From Armatimonadota bacterium (lineage in GTDB: Bacteria > Cloacimonadota > Cloacimonadia > Cloacimonadales > TCS61): a DNA stretch of 64,000 nucleotides. The first letter of the stretch is position 1. Each line of letters opens with the position of its first letter. Below, piece by piece: positions 1 to 9,491 of the stretch. The translations under genes and the position numbers were made by a program. The notes beneath the pieces were generated by a model, which worked only from the letters and a program-made list of their open reading frames with translations, did not search any database and was not told the origin of the DNA. The stretch lies in the NCBI GenBank assembly GCA_013203665.1, contig JABMPU010000035.1, forward strand, positions 113 through 64,112. Reading direction: 5' to 3'.

Positions 1-2
1 AA

Positions 3-995
3 TTCACACTCCTGCGAAACTTAAGTTATATAATTAATAATATAATTGCAGGTAGCGAGAAAGGATTAGACATCTCTGCTAATTGTGAATTATTCAATAA
101 TATTTTTTATGATATTGAGGATTATAGCGTTTATACTGGTAATCCTAATATCGTAATTCATGCAGGAAATAATTGTTTTACCGCTCCGATATTTTCTGTA
201 TTTCCTTCAAGTTTTATCGATCTCGGAGGAAATATTACAGATGATCCCTTATTAATAGATCCTGTAAATGGTGATTATCATTTATCATATTTAAGTCCGT
301 GCATCGATACAGGAACAGAGGATACTACAGGTCTTTTTTTACCGGTTTATGACCTGGATTTTTTAAATCGAATCTGGGATGGAGATAATAATGGTATTTC
401 AATAATCGATATGGGTTGTTATGAGTTTGGTTCACAGCCTTTGTTGGGTGGAATTGAGGGATATGTTACACGAAACAGCAATTATAATTTTTTACCATTT
501 ACCGAGATCGATGTAAATGGAACAATAGCTTTTCCTGATACTACCGGATATTATGAGATGAAACTATTACCCGGAACTTATGAATTGCATGCGTATTTGG
601 AGGGATATGAGGAAGTAATAATTCCAGGTATTGAAATATTTGAAGGAATCTTTACAGAAATTAATTTTGAAATGGAAGCTTTGGTTTCAGCGGAAGATTT
701 TCAATTACCTGTTTTCGATTTACAATTGTCAAACTATCCCAACCCGTTTAATCCCAGCACAACGATTTCTTTTAATATCTCTCGCAAAGACGCAAAGCAC
801 GCAAAGATTGAAATTTACAATATCAAAGGACAAAAGATAAAAACATTATTGGCTGGAAATCTTGAAAAAGGAACTCATTCTGTAATCTGGAATGGAATGG
901 ATAGCAATAATAAACCGGTTGCTTCAGGAATTTATTTCTACAAGCTTTCTGCAGGTAAAGAAACAGCAATGAAAAAAATGTTGCTATTAAAATAG
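3..995 (+). CDS. Secreted surface protein, 5'-truncated at the window edge: beta-helix-like region + CarboxypepD_reg-like beta-sandwich + T9SS/FlgD-like C-terminal sorting domain
   Basis: Frame 3 is open from base 3 with no stop before the listed Met at 411. The upstream part reads GGNITDDPLLIDPVNGDYHLSYLSPCIDTG, typical of the end of right-handed beta-helix proteins. The middle reads GYYEMKLLPGTYELHAYLEGYE (CarboxypepD_reg pattern). The C-terminus reads NYPNPFNPSTTISF..IEIYNIKGQKIKTL..HSVIWNG..VASGIYFYKL (T9SS type-A CTD pattern). Confidence 0.8.
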   Translation, partial: FTLLRNLSYIINNIIAGSEKGLDISANCELFNNIFYDIEDYSVYTGNPNIVIHAGNNCFTAPIFSVFPSSFIDLGGNITDDPLLIDPVNGDYHLSYLSPCIDTGTEDTTGLFLPVYDLDFLNRIWDGDNNGISIIDMGCYEFGSQPLLGGIEGYVTRNSNYNFLPFTEIDVNGTIAFPDTTGYYEMKLLPGTYELHAYLEGYEEVIIPGIEIFEGIFTEINFEMEALVSAEDFQLPVFDLQLSNYPNPFNPSTTISFNISRKDAKHAKIEIYNIKGQKIKTLLAGNLEKGTHSVIWNGMDSNNKPVASGIYFYKLSAGKETAMKKMLLLK

Positions 996-1222
996 ATTGA
1001 TATTATAAGATAATTTTTATAATTTATTGAAACATTTGATAACAATCTTTAGATTTTTGCTATGAAGGAACTTTTTTCGTTGACATAAAAAAATCAAACT
1101 AACATTTGTAATTTGCGTAATAATCGATTTCAAGAACAGAATTTTTAACTTAGGAGTATGATTGATAATCGATCAAAAAATCATTTTTTTTTAACAAAAA
1201 AAATAAAAAAAGGGAGGACCAA

Positions 1223-2518
1223 ATGCCACGGCTAAGAGAAAAAATCAGAAGCAGAATTCCAAAAATTCGAGCTCTGATTAAGGACGAAATTTTAAATAAG
1301 CATGCGGGTGAAACCGTCGGAAATGTTACTGTAAAACAGGTTTATGGTGGTATGAGAGGAGTAATCGGCTTAGTGTGTAATTCTTCATATGTAGATCCAT
1401 ATAAGGGTTTACACATTAGAGGAATTCCTCTTGATGAATTAACCGAAACAATACCGGAAGAAATTTTTTACCTACTTTGCACTGGCGAAATTCCTGTAAA
1501 AGAGGATTTGGAAAGATTGCAGGAAGAACTCAAATTACGCGCTGAAGTACCTGAATATGTTTGGGACGTACTTCGCACACTGCCAAAAGATACACATCCA
1601 ATGACTATGTTCAGCATTGCTATTATGGCAATGGAAGGCGAATCCATCTTTAAAGAAAAATATGCTGCTGGAATGAGAAAATCAGATTACTGGGAAGCTA
1701 CTTTAGACGATTCTTTAGAAATTATAGCAAAGTTACCATCAATCGCTGCCGGTATTTACAGGATAAGATACTCCATGGGAGATCTTATACCTTATGATAA
1801 ATCTCTGGACTGGGGCGGTAATTATGCAAAAATGCTTGGCGTTCCCGATCCTAAAGGAGAATTCGCAAAACTGGTAAGACTGTACCTGGTTCTTCATTGC
1901 GACCATGAAGGCGGCAATGTGAGTGCATTTACATCTCGAGTTGTAAATTCCGCACTTTCAAATCTTTATTATGCTGTTTCTGCCGGTTTGAATGGACTTG
2001 CAGGACCTTTGCACGGATTGGCAAATCAAGAATGTTTGAAATTTGTTTTATCGATTCAGGAAAAATTTGATAAAGCTCCCTCCAAAAAAGAACTGGTAGA
2101 TTTTGTATTATCAACCTTAAAAGTTGGTAAAGTTGTTCCCGGATATGGTCATGCAGTTTTGAGGGCAACTGACCCGAGATTTACAGCATTTTATAAGTTT
2201 GGTGAAAAGTATTGTGCTAAAGAAGAAACTTTCCTAATTGTGAAGAGACTCTTTGAAGTAGTTCCGGATATTTTGAAGGAATATGGCGGAGGAAAAATCG
2301 CTGATCCATATCCAAATGTTGATGCAATTTCAGGCTCGCTTCTGTTCAAATATGGATTAACCATGTTCGATTATTATACAGTTATGTTCGGTGTTTCCAG
2401 GGTTCTTGGATTCTGTGCCCAGGCAATAATGGCACGTGGGCTTCAAGCTCCAATTATCAGACCGAAAAGTGTAACAAATGAGTGGATATTCGATAAATTA
2501 GGAATTAAGAAAAAATAA
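1223..2518 (+). CDS. gltA: Citrate synthase
   Basis: 431 aa with the citrate synthase signatures LVLHCDHEGGNVSAFT and PGYGHAVLRATDPR. A strong RBS (agggagg) lies 7 nt upstream of the ATG. Confidence 0.95.
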   Translation: MPRLREKIRSRIPKIRALIKDEILNKHAGETVGNVTVKQVYGGMRGVIGLVCNSSYVDPYKGLHIRGIPLDELTETIPEEIFYLLCTGEIPVKEDLERLQEELKLRAEVPEYVWDVLRTLPKDTHPMTMFSIAIMAMEGESIFKEKYAAGMRKSDYWEATLDDSLEIIAKLPSIAAGIYRIRYSMGDLIPYDKSLDWGGNYAKMLGVPDPKGEFAKLVRLYLVLHCDHEGGNVSAFTSRVVNSALSNLYYAVSAGLNGLAGPLHGLANQECLKFVLSIQEKFDKAPSKKELVDFVLSTLKVGKVVPGYGHAVLRATDPRFTAFYKFGEKYCAKEETFLIVKRLFEVVPDILKEYGGGKIADPYPNVDAISGSLLFKYGLTMFDYYTVMFGVSRVLGFCAQAIMARGLQAPIIRPKSVTNEWIFDKLGIKKK

Positions 2519-2525
2519 TCATCAA

Positions 2526-2776
2526 CTTGTTCCCATCCGGCAGCGTAGGAACGAAGAAACTGACGGTTGTGTTCCCACGCAGGACAGGATGTGTGAAAAC
2601 AGATTTCTTTAATTTATAACGACTCCCATCCCTAACCCTTCCCCCTATTGAAGGGGAAGGGAACTGCCTGCGGCAAAAGGAGATAGGTTCTCTCCCTAAA
2701 TAGGGGGAGTTAGAGGGGGTTAAAAAAAATCGTGCTTTTCATCTGTTTTCACACAGCTGAGGAGCATGGGAACAAG
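2526..2776. repeat. About 250-nt nested inverted-repeat element in the gltA-acn spacer (MITE-like or structured RNA)
   Basis: The outer perfect 11-bp IR is cttgttcccat (2526-2536) / atgggaacaag (2766-2776). The inner perfect 15-bp IR is tgtgtgaaaacagat (2590-2604) / atctgttttcacaca (2741-2755). There are also local hairpins: cccttcccc/ggggaaggg (2636-2661) and an imperfect one near 2692-2709. Confidence 0.7.
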
Positions 2777-2790
2777 AAAAGGTATAAATA

Positions 2791-4758
2791 ATGGGTCTTA
2801 ACATAGTTCAAAAGATAATAAAATCTCATCTTATCGAAGGAGAGATGAATGCCGGAGAATTAGTCGGCATCAAAATTGATCAGACATTAACTCAGGATGC
2901 CACAGGAACAATGGCTTACCTTGAATTCGAAGCAATGGAAATTCCTGAAACAAAATCAGAACTTTCCGTGAGTTATGTTGACCATAATACCAGCCAGATG
3001 GGATTTGAAAATGCTGATGACCACAAATATCTGCAAACAATAGCAGAAAAATTTGGATTACATTATTCCAGAGCAGGAAATGGAATTTGTCATCAGGTTC
3101 ATCTGGAAAGATTTGGGATTCCGGGGAAGACATTACTGGGTTCAGACAGTCATACTCCAACCGGAGGAGGAATGGGAATGATGGCTATTGGCTCCGGTGG
3201 TCTGGATGTTGCCAGAGCTATTGCAGGATTTCTTTTTTACATTACTTTTCCCAAAGTTCTGAAAATAAATTTAACCGGTAAATTACCTGCCTGGGTTTCT
3301 GCGAAAGATATAATTTTGTATGTTTTGGAACTTCTTACAACTAAAGGAAATGTAGGTTGGATGATTGAATATGGTGGTTCCAGTGTAAAAACATTAGGTT
3401 TACCGGAACGAGCAACAATAACAAATATGGGTGCTGAGCTGGGAGTAACTACTTCGATCTTTCCCAGTGATGAGATAACTTTATCATTTCTTAAAGCGCA
3501 AGATAGAGAGGATAGTTGGAAGGAACTGAAGGCAGATGACGATGCAAAATACGACAGAATTATTGATATCGATCTTTCTACCCTTGAACCTAGAGTTGCC
3601 ACACCGCACAGCCCGGGAAACATTAAACTGGTAAGCGAATTATCTGGAATGAAGGTTGACCAAGTTTGCATTGGGAGTTGTACAAATTCATCATTTAAAG
3701 ATTTAATGACAGTGGCAGAGATGCTCAAAGGAAAAAAACTACCTACTGGTATGAGTCTTGTAATTGCTCCCGGCTCAAAACAGGTTTTGGAAATGATAAC
3801 TGAAAATGGAGCTTTATCTGATATGATTGCATTTGGTGCGAGGATAATGGAATCTGCCTGTGGATTTTGCATCGGAAATGGTCAGGCTCCTGCAACAGAT
3901 GCTGTTTCTGTTCGAACTAATAATCGTAATTTCAAAGGACGCTCCGGAACCGAATCTGCAGGCATTTATCTGGTTAGCCCGGAAACAGCAGTAGCTTGTG
4001 CATTAACAGGTGTAATGACCGATCCCAGAGATCTTGGAATGAAACCTCCGGAAATCATATTGCCCGAAAAATTCAAAATTGATGATAGTATGATAATTTT
4101 TCCATCAAAAGAGAAAAAGGAAATTAAGATTTATCGTGGACCAAATATCGGAAACCCTCCCACAAATGAATCTCTTGTTGATAAACTTTTGGGAGAAGTA
4201 ACTTTAAAGGTTGAAGATAAAATAACGACCGACCACATAATGCCTGCTGGAATCAGGTTAAAATATCGCTCAAATATTCCCAAATATTCCGAATTTGTTT
4301 TTGAACCTGTTGACACAACATTTCCAGCAAGATGCCTTTCCAACAAAGAAAATGAAAAAGCAAATATCATTGTGGTTGGTTTAAGTTACGGTCAGGGTTC
4401 ATCCCGGGAACACGCTGCGATTTGTCCTTCATTTTTGGGCGTGAGGGCAGTTATTGCAAAATCCATTGAAAGAATTCACTGGGCAAACCTGGTAAACTTT
4501 GGCATTATTCCCATGATCTTTGCAGATGAAGAAGATTTTGAAAAAATCGAGCAAAATGATGAATTAGAGATGACTGGCTTAATTCAAGCTATCCGAAACA
4601 AAAGCAGTTACATCATAAAAAACAAAACAAAGAATTACGAATTTGAAGTGAAATTGGAACTGAGCTTCAGAGAGCGAGAAATATTAATCGCAGGTGGAGT
4701 TCTAAATATAATCAAAAATAAAGTCGAAGTAAAAAAAAAGAGGAGGATTAATTTATGA
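2791..4758 (+). CDS. acn: Aconitate hydratase (short, roughly 650-aa aconitase-family form)
   Basis: Aconitase motifs are present: IDQTLTQDATG, GSDSHTPTGG, Fe-S ligand cysteines in CIGSCTNSS and CGFCIGNG, and NRNFKGRSG. The swivel domain reads GLSYGQGSSREHAA. Confidence 0.9.
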   Translation: MGLNIVQKIIKSHLIEGEMNAGELVGIKIDQTLTQDATGTMAYLEFEAMEIPETKSELSVSYVDHNTSQMGFENADDHKYLQTIAEKFGLHYSRAGNGICHQVHLERFGIPGKTLLGSDSHTPTGGGMGMMAIGSGGLDVARAIAGFLFYITFPKVLKINLTGKLPAWVSAKDIILYVLELLTTKGNVGWMIEYGGSSVKTLGLPERATITNMGAELGVTTSIFPSDEITLSFLKAQDREDSWKELKADDDAKYDRIIDIDLSTLEPRVATPHSPGNIKLVSELSGMKVDQVCIGSCTNSSFKDLMTVAEMLKGKKLPTGMSLVIAPGSKQVLEMITENGALSDMIAFGARIMESACGFCIGNGQAPATDAVSVRTNNRNFKGRSGTESAGIYLVSPETAVACALTGVMTDPRDLGMKPPEIILPEKFKIDDSMIIFPSKEKKEIKIYRGPNIGNPPTNESLVDKLLGEVTLKVEDKITTDHIMPAGIRLKYRSNIPKYSEFVFEPVDTTFPARCLSNKENEKANIIVVGLSYGQGSSREHAAICPSFLGVRAVIAKSIERIHWANLVNFGIIPMIFADEEDFEKIEQNDELEMTGLIQAIRNKSSYIIKNKTKNYEFEVKLELSFREREILIAGGVLNIIKNKVEVKKKRRINL

Positions 4759-5816
4759 AAAAGATTTTATTGGTTTTATTAGGCGTATTTCTGGTGGGGC
4801 AAGTATTATCTGCAGTAGATTTTTATGGTAATGCCAGAATTGGGTATTGGTATGATATGCAGGATGAGGACATTACAGGTAGTGAAGCTAGAACTGTTAT
4901 GCATTATGATCTGTTTGGCACCAGCAGGTTTGGAGCTAATTTTAAGGGTGAAGCTTACACAGGAAAGGTGGAATTTTCTCTTTCCGGTGCAGGAGCGAAA
5001 CTAAGACAAATCTGGGGTGAATATGATTTTGGTAATTTGAAAATTTTAATTGGTCAGTATTACACAGGTTTCTTTGATCTTCCTAACCAAGCAACTTCCA
5101 TTATCTCCGGAAGTGAAAACCTGATGATAGGTTATGGTTTGATGTATGATTCACGCCATCCGATGATAAAATTATCCTTAGAAAATGGAATGTATATAAT
5201 TTTTATGGAACCAAAATTAATTGATCCGGCTTCAGCAGGTGGTGTAGATGCATTATTTCCAAAGATAAATTTTGGTTGCAGATTGAGCATGGGAAACCTA
5301 ATGATTCATCCAACCTTTGGTATAAATATGTCACAATATAATGAAGACTTCGCTGATGGAGGAATCGATGAATCAATTCTTGCATATGTTACTGCAGTGT
5401 CCACAAAGTATTGCGCAGATAAATTTAATATTCTGGCTCAGATCAGTTATGGTCAGAACGTCGCTGATTATGGCATGCTAACATCAGCAACAGTGAGTAA
5501 TGCAATCTGGATTAACTCAGAAGTTGAAAACGCCACCTCGATGGGCGGTTATTTTGAATTCACCTACAAACTTTGTCCTACTAAAAATATAGCTGCTGGT
5601 TTTGGATATTTTAGTGGAGACCGCGAAGATCTCGATGATCCTGACACAGCCTGGACTGCTTATCTTCAATCTAAGATTAATCTACATAATCATATGTTTA
5701 TTGTTCCAGAGATTGGTATGATTAACGAAGCGGAAGACGGAATGGGCAATACAGAAGGTTCTCACACCTATTTTGGCCTGAATTTTCAAGCAGATTTTGA
5801 TCTAAGTATAAAATAG
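4755..5816 (+). CDS. Putative outer-membrane beta-barrel / porin-like protein
   Basis: It has the signal peptide MKKILLVLLGVFLVGQVLSA. The body shows alternating aromatic/Gly-rich beta-strand composition (GYWYDM, YTGKVEFSL, GGYFEFTYKL, YFGLNFQADF). The ATG overlaps the acn stop (ATGA at 4755-4758), and an aggagg RBS sits at 4741-4746 inside the acn 3' end. Confidence 0.5.
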   Translation: MKKILLVLLGVFLVGQVLSAVDFYGNARIGYWYDMQDEDITGSEARTVMHYDLFGTSRFGANFKGEAYTGKVEFSLSGAGAKLRQIWGEYDFGNLKILIGQYYTGFFDLPNQATSIISGSENLMIGYGLMYDSRHPMIKLSLENGMYIIFMEPKLIDPASAGGVDALFPKINFGCRLSMGNLMIHPTFGINMSQYNEDFADGGIDESILAYVTAVSTKYCADKFNILAQISYGQNVADYGMLTSATVSNAIWINSEVENATSMGGYFEFTYKLCPTKNIAAGFGYFSGDREDLDDPDTAWTAYLQSKINLHNHMFIVPEIGMINEAEDGMGNTEGSHTYFGLNFQADFDLSIK

Positions 5817-5852
5817 AAAAACAGAAATCTAATTATTCAACTCATCCCCTAA

Positions 5853-5877
5853 CCCCTTCTCTTGCAAAGAGAAGGGG
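5853..5877. repeat. Perfect 11-bp stem / 3-nt loop hairpin (REP-like), related to the inner hairpin of the 2526-2776 element
   Basis: ccccttctctt-gca-aagagaagggg is preceded by ctcatcccctaacc. The element at 2620-2661 has ctcccatccctaacccttcccc..ggggaaggg. A third related copy (gaccctctcctatctaggcaagggaa) lies at 8101-8126. Confidence 0.6.
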
Positions 5878-5974
5878 GGAAATGAAGTCAGGGGGTAGCC
5901 TTGTAGAAGACCGAGGGTGAGTTAGAAATCGGATTTTGCAGAACTCACTAAAGAAAAAAGATTGGGAGATAAAC

Positions 5975-7321
5975 ATGAAGTATCAAAAAATTGAAGTACC
6001 AGCAAATGGAAAAAAAATAACCTTTAAAGATGGAAAATTAAATGTTCCTGATAATCCCATAATCCCGTTTATTGAGGGTGATGGCATGGGTCCAGATATC
6101 TGGAGAGCGACCAAGAGAGTGCTGGATGCAGCTGTGAAAAAAACTTTTGCGGGTAAGAAAAAAATTATCTGGATGGAGATTCACGCAGGATTATCTGCTC
6201 TCAAAAAATATGGGAATGATGATATCTTACCGGAAGATACGCTCAATGCTATTACAGAATTTAAAGTTGCTATCAAAGGACCTCTCACAACTCCGGTTGG
6301 CGGATTTGATTATGTGTGCCTGGTTTGTGCAAAAGAGCAAAATGGAATTGACGGCAAAAGACCTGAAAAATGTGTGAAGTGCGGCTCGGAATTTGTTACC
6401 AAAAGATTTCGTTCTCTAAATGTGGGATTACGGCAGATTCTTGATTTATATGCCTGTGTACGTCCGGTAAAATGGTACAAAGGTGTTCCTTGTCCCGTGA
6501 AAAGACCTGACAAATTGGATGTGATCGTTTTTAGGGAAAACACGGAAGATGTTTATGCAGGAATAGAATTTCAAGAAGGAACAAAAGAAGCTGAAAAAAT
6601 AATCAATTTCCTAGTGGATGTGATGAAAAAAAATGTTCGCCCAGACAGCGGTATTGGCATCAAACCTATTTCTATCACCGGCACAAAAAGATTGGTCAGA
6701 AAAGCGATTAATCACGCTATCGAGCAGAACCTGCCAAGTGTTACCATCGTTCATAAAGGCAATATCATGAAATTTACTGAAGGTGCATTCAGAGATTGGG
6801 GCTATGAACTTGCCAAAGAGGAATACAGGGAATATATCGTGACTGAGCAGGAACTATGGGATGAATTTAACGGTAAAATGCCGGAAGGTAAAATTCTCAT
6901 TAAAGATAGAATTGCAGACCAGACATTCCAGCAAGTATTACTTCGTCCTGATGAATATAGTGTGCTTGCCACACCAAATCTGAATGGCGATTACCTTTCC
7001 GATGCCTGTGCTGCCCAGGTGGGTGGACTCGGTCTTGCTCCCGGTGCTAATATTGGAGATGAAATTGCTCTCTTTGAAGCAACCCATGGAACTGCTCCAA
7101 AATATACAGGATTGGATAAAGTTAATCCCAGCTCTCTGATTCTTTCCGGTGTGATGATGTTCAAATATTTGGGTTGGATAGAAGCTGGCAAAATGATCGA
7201 AAATGCTTTGGAGAAAACCATTGCCCAGAAAACAGTAACTTACGATCTGGAACGTCAGATGGAAGGGGCTACAACGCTGAAAACTTCTGAATTTGGAGAA
7301 AAAATAATCGAAAACATGTAA
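5975..7321 (+). CDS. icd: NADP-dependent isocitrate dehydrogenase (Icd type) carrying a 35-aa CxxC..CxxC segment
   Basis: From [43 protein letters not shown] the protein is collinear with my recollection of E. coli Icd through to [29 protein letters not shown]. The ATG at 5975 matches the Icd N-terminus better than the TTG at 5936. Confidence 0.95.
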   Translation: MKYQKIEVPANGKKITFKDGKLNVPDNPIIPFIEGDGMGPDIWRATKRVLDAAVKKTFAGKKKIIWMEIHAGLSALKKYGNDDILPEDTLNAITEFKVAIKGPLTTPVGGFDYVCLVCAKEQNGIDGKRPEKCVKCGSEFVTKRFRSLNVGLRQILDLYACVRPVKWYKGVPCPVKRPDKLDVIVFRENTEDVYAGIEFQEGTKEAEKIINFLVDVMKKNVRPDSGIGIKPISITGTKRLVRKAINHAIEQNLPSVTIVHKGNIMKFTEGAFRDWGYELAKEEYREYIVTEQELWDEFNGKMPEGKILIKDRIADQTFQQVLLRPDEYSVLATPNLNGDYLSDACAAQVGGLGLAPGANIGDEIALFEATHGTAPKYTGLDKVNPSSLILSGVMMFKYLGWIEAGKMIENALEKTIAQKTVTYDLERQMEGATTLKTSEFGEKIIENM

Positions 7322-7335
7322 ATGAGGGTATAGCC

Positions 7336-8007
7336 ATGAAAACAGTGGAAGAATCTTTTGCTCAAGCAGAAAGCTTTAAAATGGCAGGAAAATTAAATAA
7401 CGCTGCCAAAGAATATGGACAAATTCTGAAAATCGAGCCGCAAAATATTCCTGCCCTGATGAATCTTGGAAACTTATTTTTCATGCTGGGCTTTCTGAAA
7501 AAATCTGTAGAATCATACGAAAAAGTCTTAGAATTAAAACCAAATTACAGTTACGCTCTTTACAGGCTTGGTATTTCATATTACAGGTATGCCCAATTCA
7601 AAAAGGCAATAGAGACTTTCAAACAGGTTTTAGCTCAGGATTCAGAACTTTACATGGCTTATAACTGGCTTGGATTATGCTATTATCATCTTGGCAGAGA
7701 AGATAAAAGCATCGAAGCATATTCAAAACTGTTGGAAAAAACGCCCGAACCTTTTATCGTAAATTACCACAGAGCTATTGCTTATAAATCCACCGGACAA
7801 TATGATAAAGCAATTACAGGTTTTTCAAATTTAATTAAAATTCATCCTGAGCATGTTTCTGCTCATTATCACCTGGGACTGTCTTATTTACAAAAACATG
7901 AGATTTATAAAGCAATTCAGATATTTAGAAAAGTTTTAAAACTCAATCCGAAACATAAAGGAGCTGCAGAAAAAATCGAATATCTTACTGACGTTCCATC
8001 AATATAA
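7336..8007 (+). CDS. Tetratricopeptide (TPR) repeat protein
   Basis: It contains about six consecutive 34-aa TPR-like units (A..Y..AL.L.P....A...LG..Y). It lies 14 nt downstream of icd. Confidence 0.85.
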   Translation: MKTVEESFAQAESFKMAGKLNNAAKEYGQILKIEPQNIPALMNLGNLFFMLGFLKKSVESYEKVLELKPNYSYALYRLGISYYRYAQFKKAIETFKQVLAQDSELYMAYNWLGLCYYHLGREDKSIEAYSKLLEKTPEPFIVNYHRAIAYKSTGQYDKAITGFSNLIKIHPEHVSAHYHLGLSYLQKHEIYKAIQIFRKVLKLNPKHKGAAEKIEYLTDVPSI

Positions 8008-8152
8008 GATTTTAGCCACGAAGAACGCGAAGGAAAATATCTCATTCAATTTATTTCCCTTTTGTAAGGAAAACACAAAGGGTTTAGTAAACCTTACTCT
8101 GACCCTCTCCTATCTAGGCAAGGGAACAGTCATTCCCGCCATCACTCCGTTG

Positions 8153-9481
8153 TCATTCCTTCTTTATACCAATATTAAAGACCTGGTTTAGGACTATAGC
8201 CAGAACAGTTGTAAGTGTAAGCGGGGATGAGAAAATCGGGCTTAACCAAGCTGGAATTCTGGAATAAAGATCAGGGAGAATAGCTGCACTCAATCCAAAA
8301 ACAAATGAAATTCCAATGATAAAGGTTTTTCTTACATTCATTTTGCTGGTAACCAGTATCTGGATGCCAGAGATCACCATAAAGCAGGTAACAAAGATCA
8401 GGATAGATCCCATAATCGGCTCCGGCATGACAGAAAAGACCGCAGCGAGTTTAGGCATAAATCCTAGACAAATAAAGAAACCACCGGCAAAATAGGCAAT
8501 CCGCCTGCTCGTTGCTGAGGTTGCAGCAGATAATCCGACATTACTTGCAGACGTATCAGTAGCCATTCCTCCCAGAAACCCGCTTACTGTCACACTGATA
8601 GCATCTGCAAACAAACCCCTGCCAACATTTTTCATATCTACTTCTTTCCAGTTGTCATCATTGATCTTCTGGCAGGTTGAAAGATTACCAAAAGACTTTA
8701 AACTGGAACAAAGTGAAACCACAATAAAGGGAAGAATAAGAGAAGGAGCAAAGGCAAATTTAAACTGTTCAACATGTTTTCCAGGTAAGGCAAACCAGGG
8801 TGCTTCGATGATAGCACTAAAATCTGATGCTGAAAGAATACCGGAAAAATAGGATAAAATGTAGCCTATTCCCAATCCGATTAAAACGCAGTATAGTTTC
8901 AACTTTCCTTTGCTCCAGATGTTTAATCCTATCATCGAAAATAATGTAATGGTAGCAACCATCAGAACGTTTAAATTAATAGCATCTCCTGCATATTCTA
9001 TCCCGACAAATTTTGAAGCTCCCAAAGGGATCAGGGAAATTGCCACCATTAAAACAACTAATCCTGTAATTTCGATCGGAAAGAAACGTTTTAACCTGTG
9101 AACCACTCTTGAGAACAGACTTTCAAAAAACCCTGAAATCATTGTCATGCCATGCATCAGTGGTAAACCGCCCAGCCAGGCAGCTTGAACCGATACCGAC
9201 AGATATGATGGCCCACATAGATTAGGACACAGATATCCCGAACCGATCGGACCTTTTTTGATAGACTGAATGATCGTACCTATTCCTGCTGCGATCATGG
9301 AAAAACAAACCAGGCTTTGAACAACATCGAAACCTACCCCAATCTCCCGGGCGACAACAACCGGTAAAACCAGCGTACTGGACATGGTGAAAACATGCTG
9401 CAATCCAAGTAATGCCGATACAGCAAAAGAAGGTTTATCATCTACACCATAGATGAGATGTTTAGGTTTTAATTTTATCAT
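8153..9481 (-). CDS. NCS2-family nucleobase (xanthine/uracil-type) permease
   Basis: It is a polytopic membrane protein with the NCS2 N-terminal signature ALLGLQHVFTMSSTLVLPVVVA. I prefer Met23 (MIKLKPKH, 9481) as the start, because the longer ORF would overlap the upstream gene. Confidence 0.8.
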   Translation of the reverse strand: MIKLKPKHLIYGVDDKPSFAVSALLGLQHVFTMSSTLVLPVVVAREIGVGFDVVQSLVCFSMIAAGIGTIIQSIKKGPIGSGYLCPNLCGPSYLSVSVQAAWLGGLPLMHGMTMISGFFESLFSRVVHRLKRFFPIEITGLVVLMVAISLIPLGASKFVGIEYAGDAINLNVLMVATITLFSMIGLNIWSKGKLKLYCVLIGLGIGYILSYFSGILSASDFSAIIEAPWFALPGKHVEQFKFAFAPSLILPFIVVSLCSSLKSFGNLSTCQKINDDNWKEVDMKNVGRGLFADAISVTVSGFLGGMATDTSASNVGLSAATSATSRRIAYFAGGFFICLGFMPKLAAVFSVMPEPIMGSILIFVTCFMVISGIQILVTSKMNVRKTFIIGISFVFGLSAAILPDLYSRIPAWLSPIFSSPLTLTTVLAIVLNQVFNIGIKKE

Positions 9482-9491
9482 AGTCTCTCTT

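Noticed and set aside
779-811. An intergenic-type gcaaag repeat (tctcgcaaagacgcaaagcacgcaaag) inside the first CDS, considered as a repeat insertion or a mis-called ORF
   Set aside because: The frame is maintained (SRKDAKHAK). The segment occupies the variable linker of the T9SS C-terminal domain, between ..TTISFNI and IEIYNIKGQ. The second T9SS protein has TTELTENTE at the same place. I therefore treat it as genuine coding sequence.
3237-3872. 211-aa ORF on the minus strand
   Set aside because: It lies entirely antisense to the strongly supported aconitase gene. It has no RBS and a low-complexity Ser/Ile/Phe-rich translation, which is typical of shadow ORFs in AT-rich DNA.
5936-5974. TTG-initiated 13-codon extension of icd
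   Set aside because: The ATG at 5975 gives an N-terminus collinear with E. coli Icd (M..K...VPA.GKKIT) and has a purine-rich stretch upstream. The extension overlaps the spacer hairpin region.
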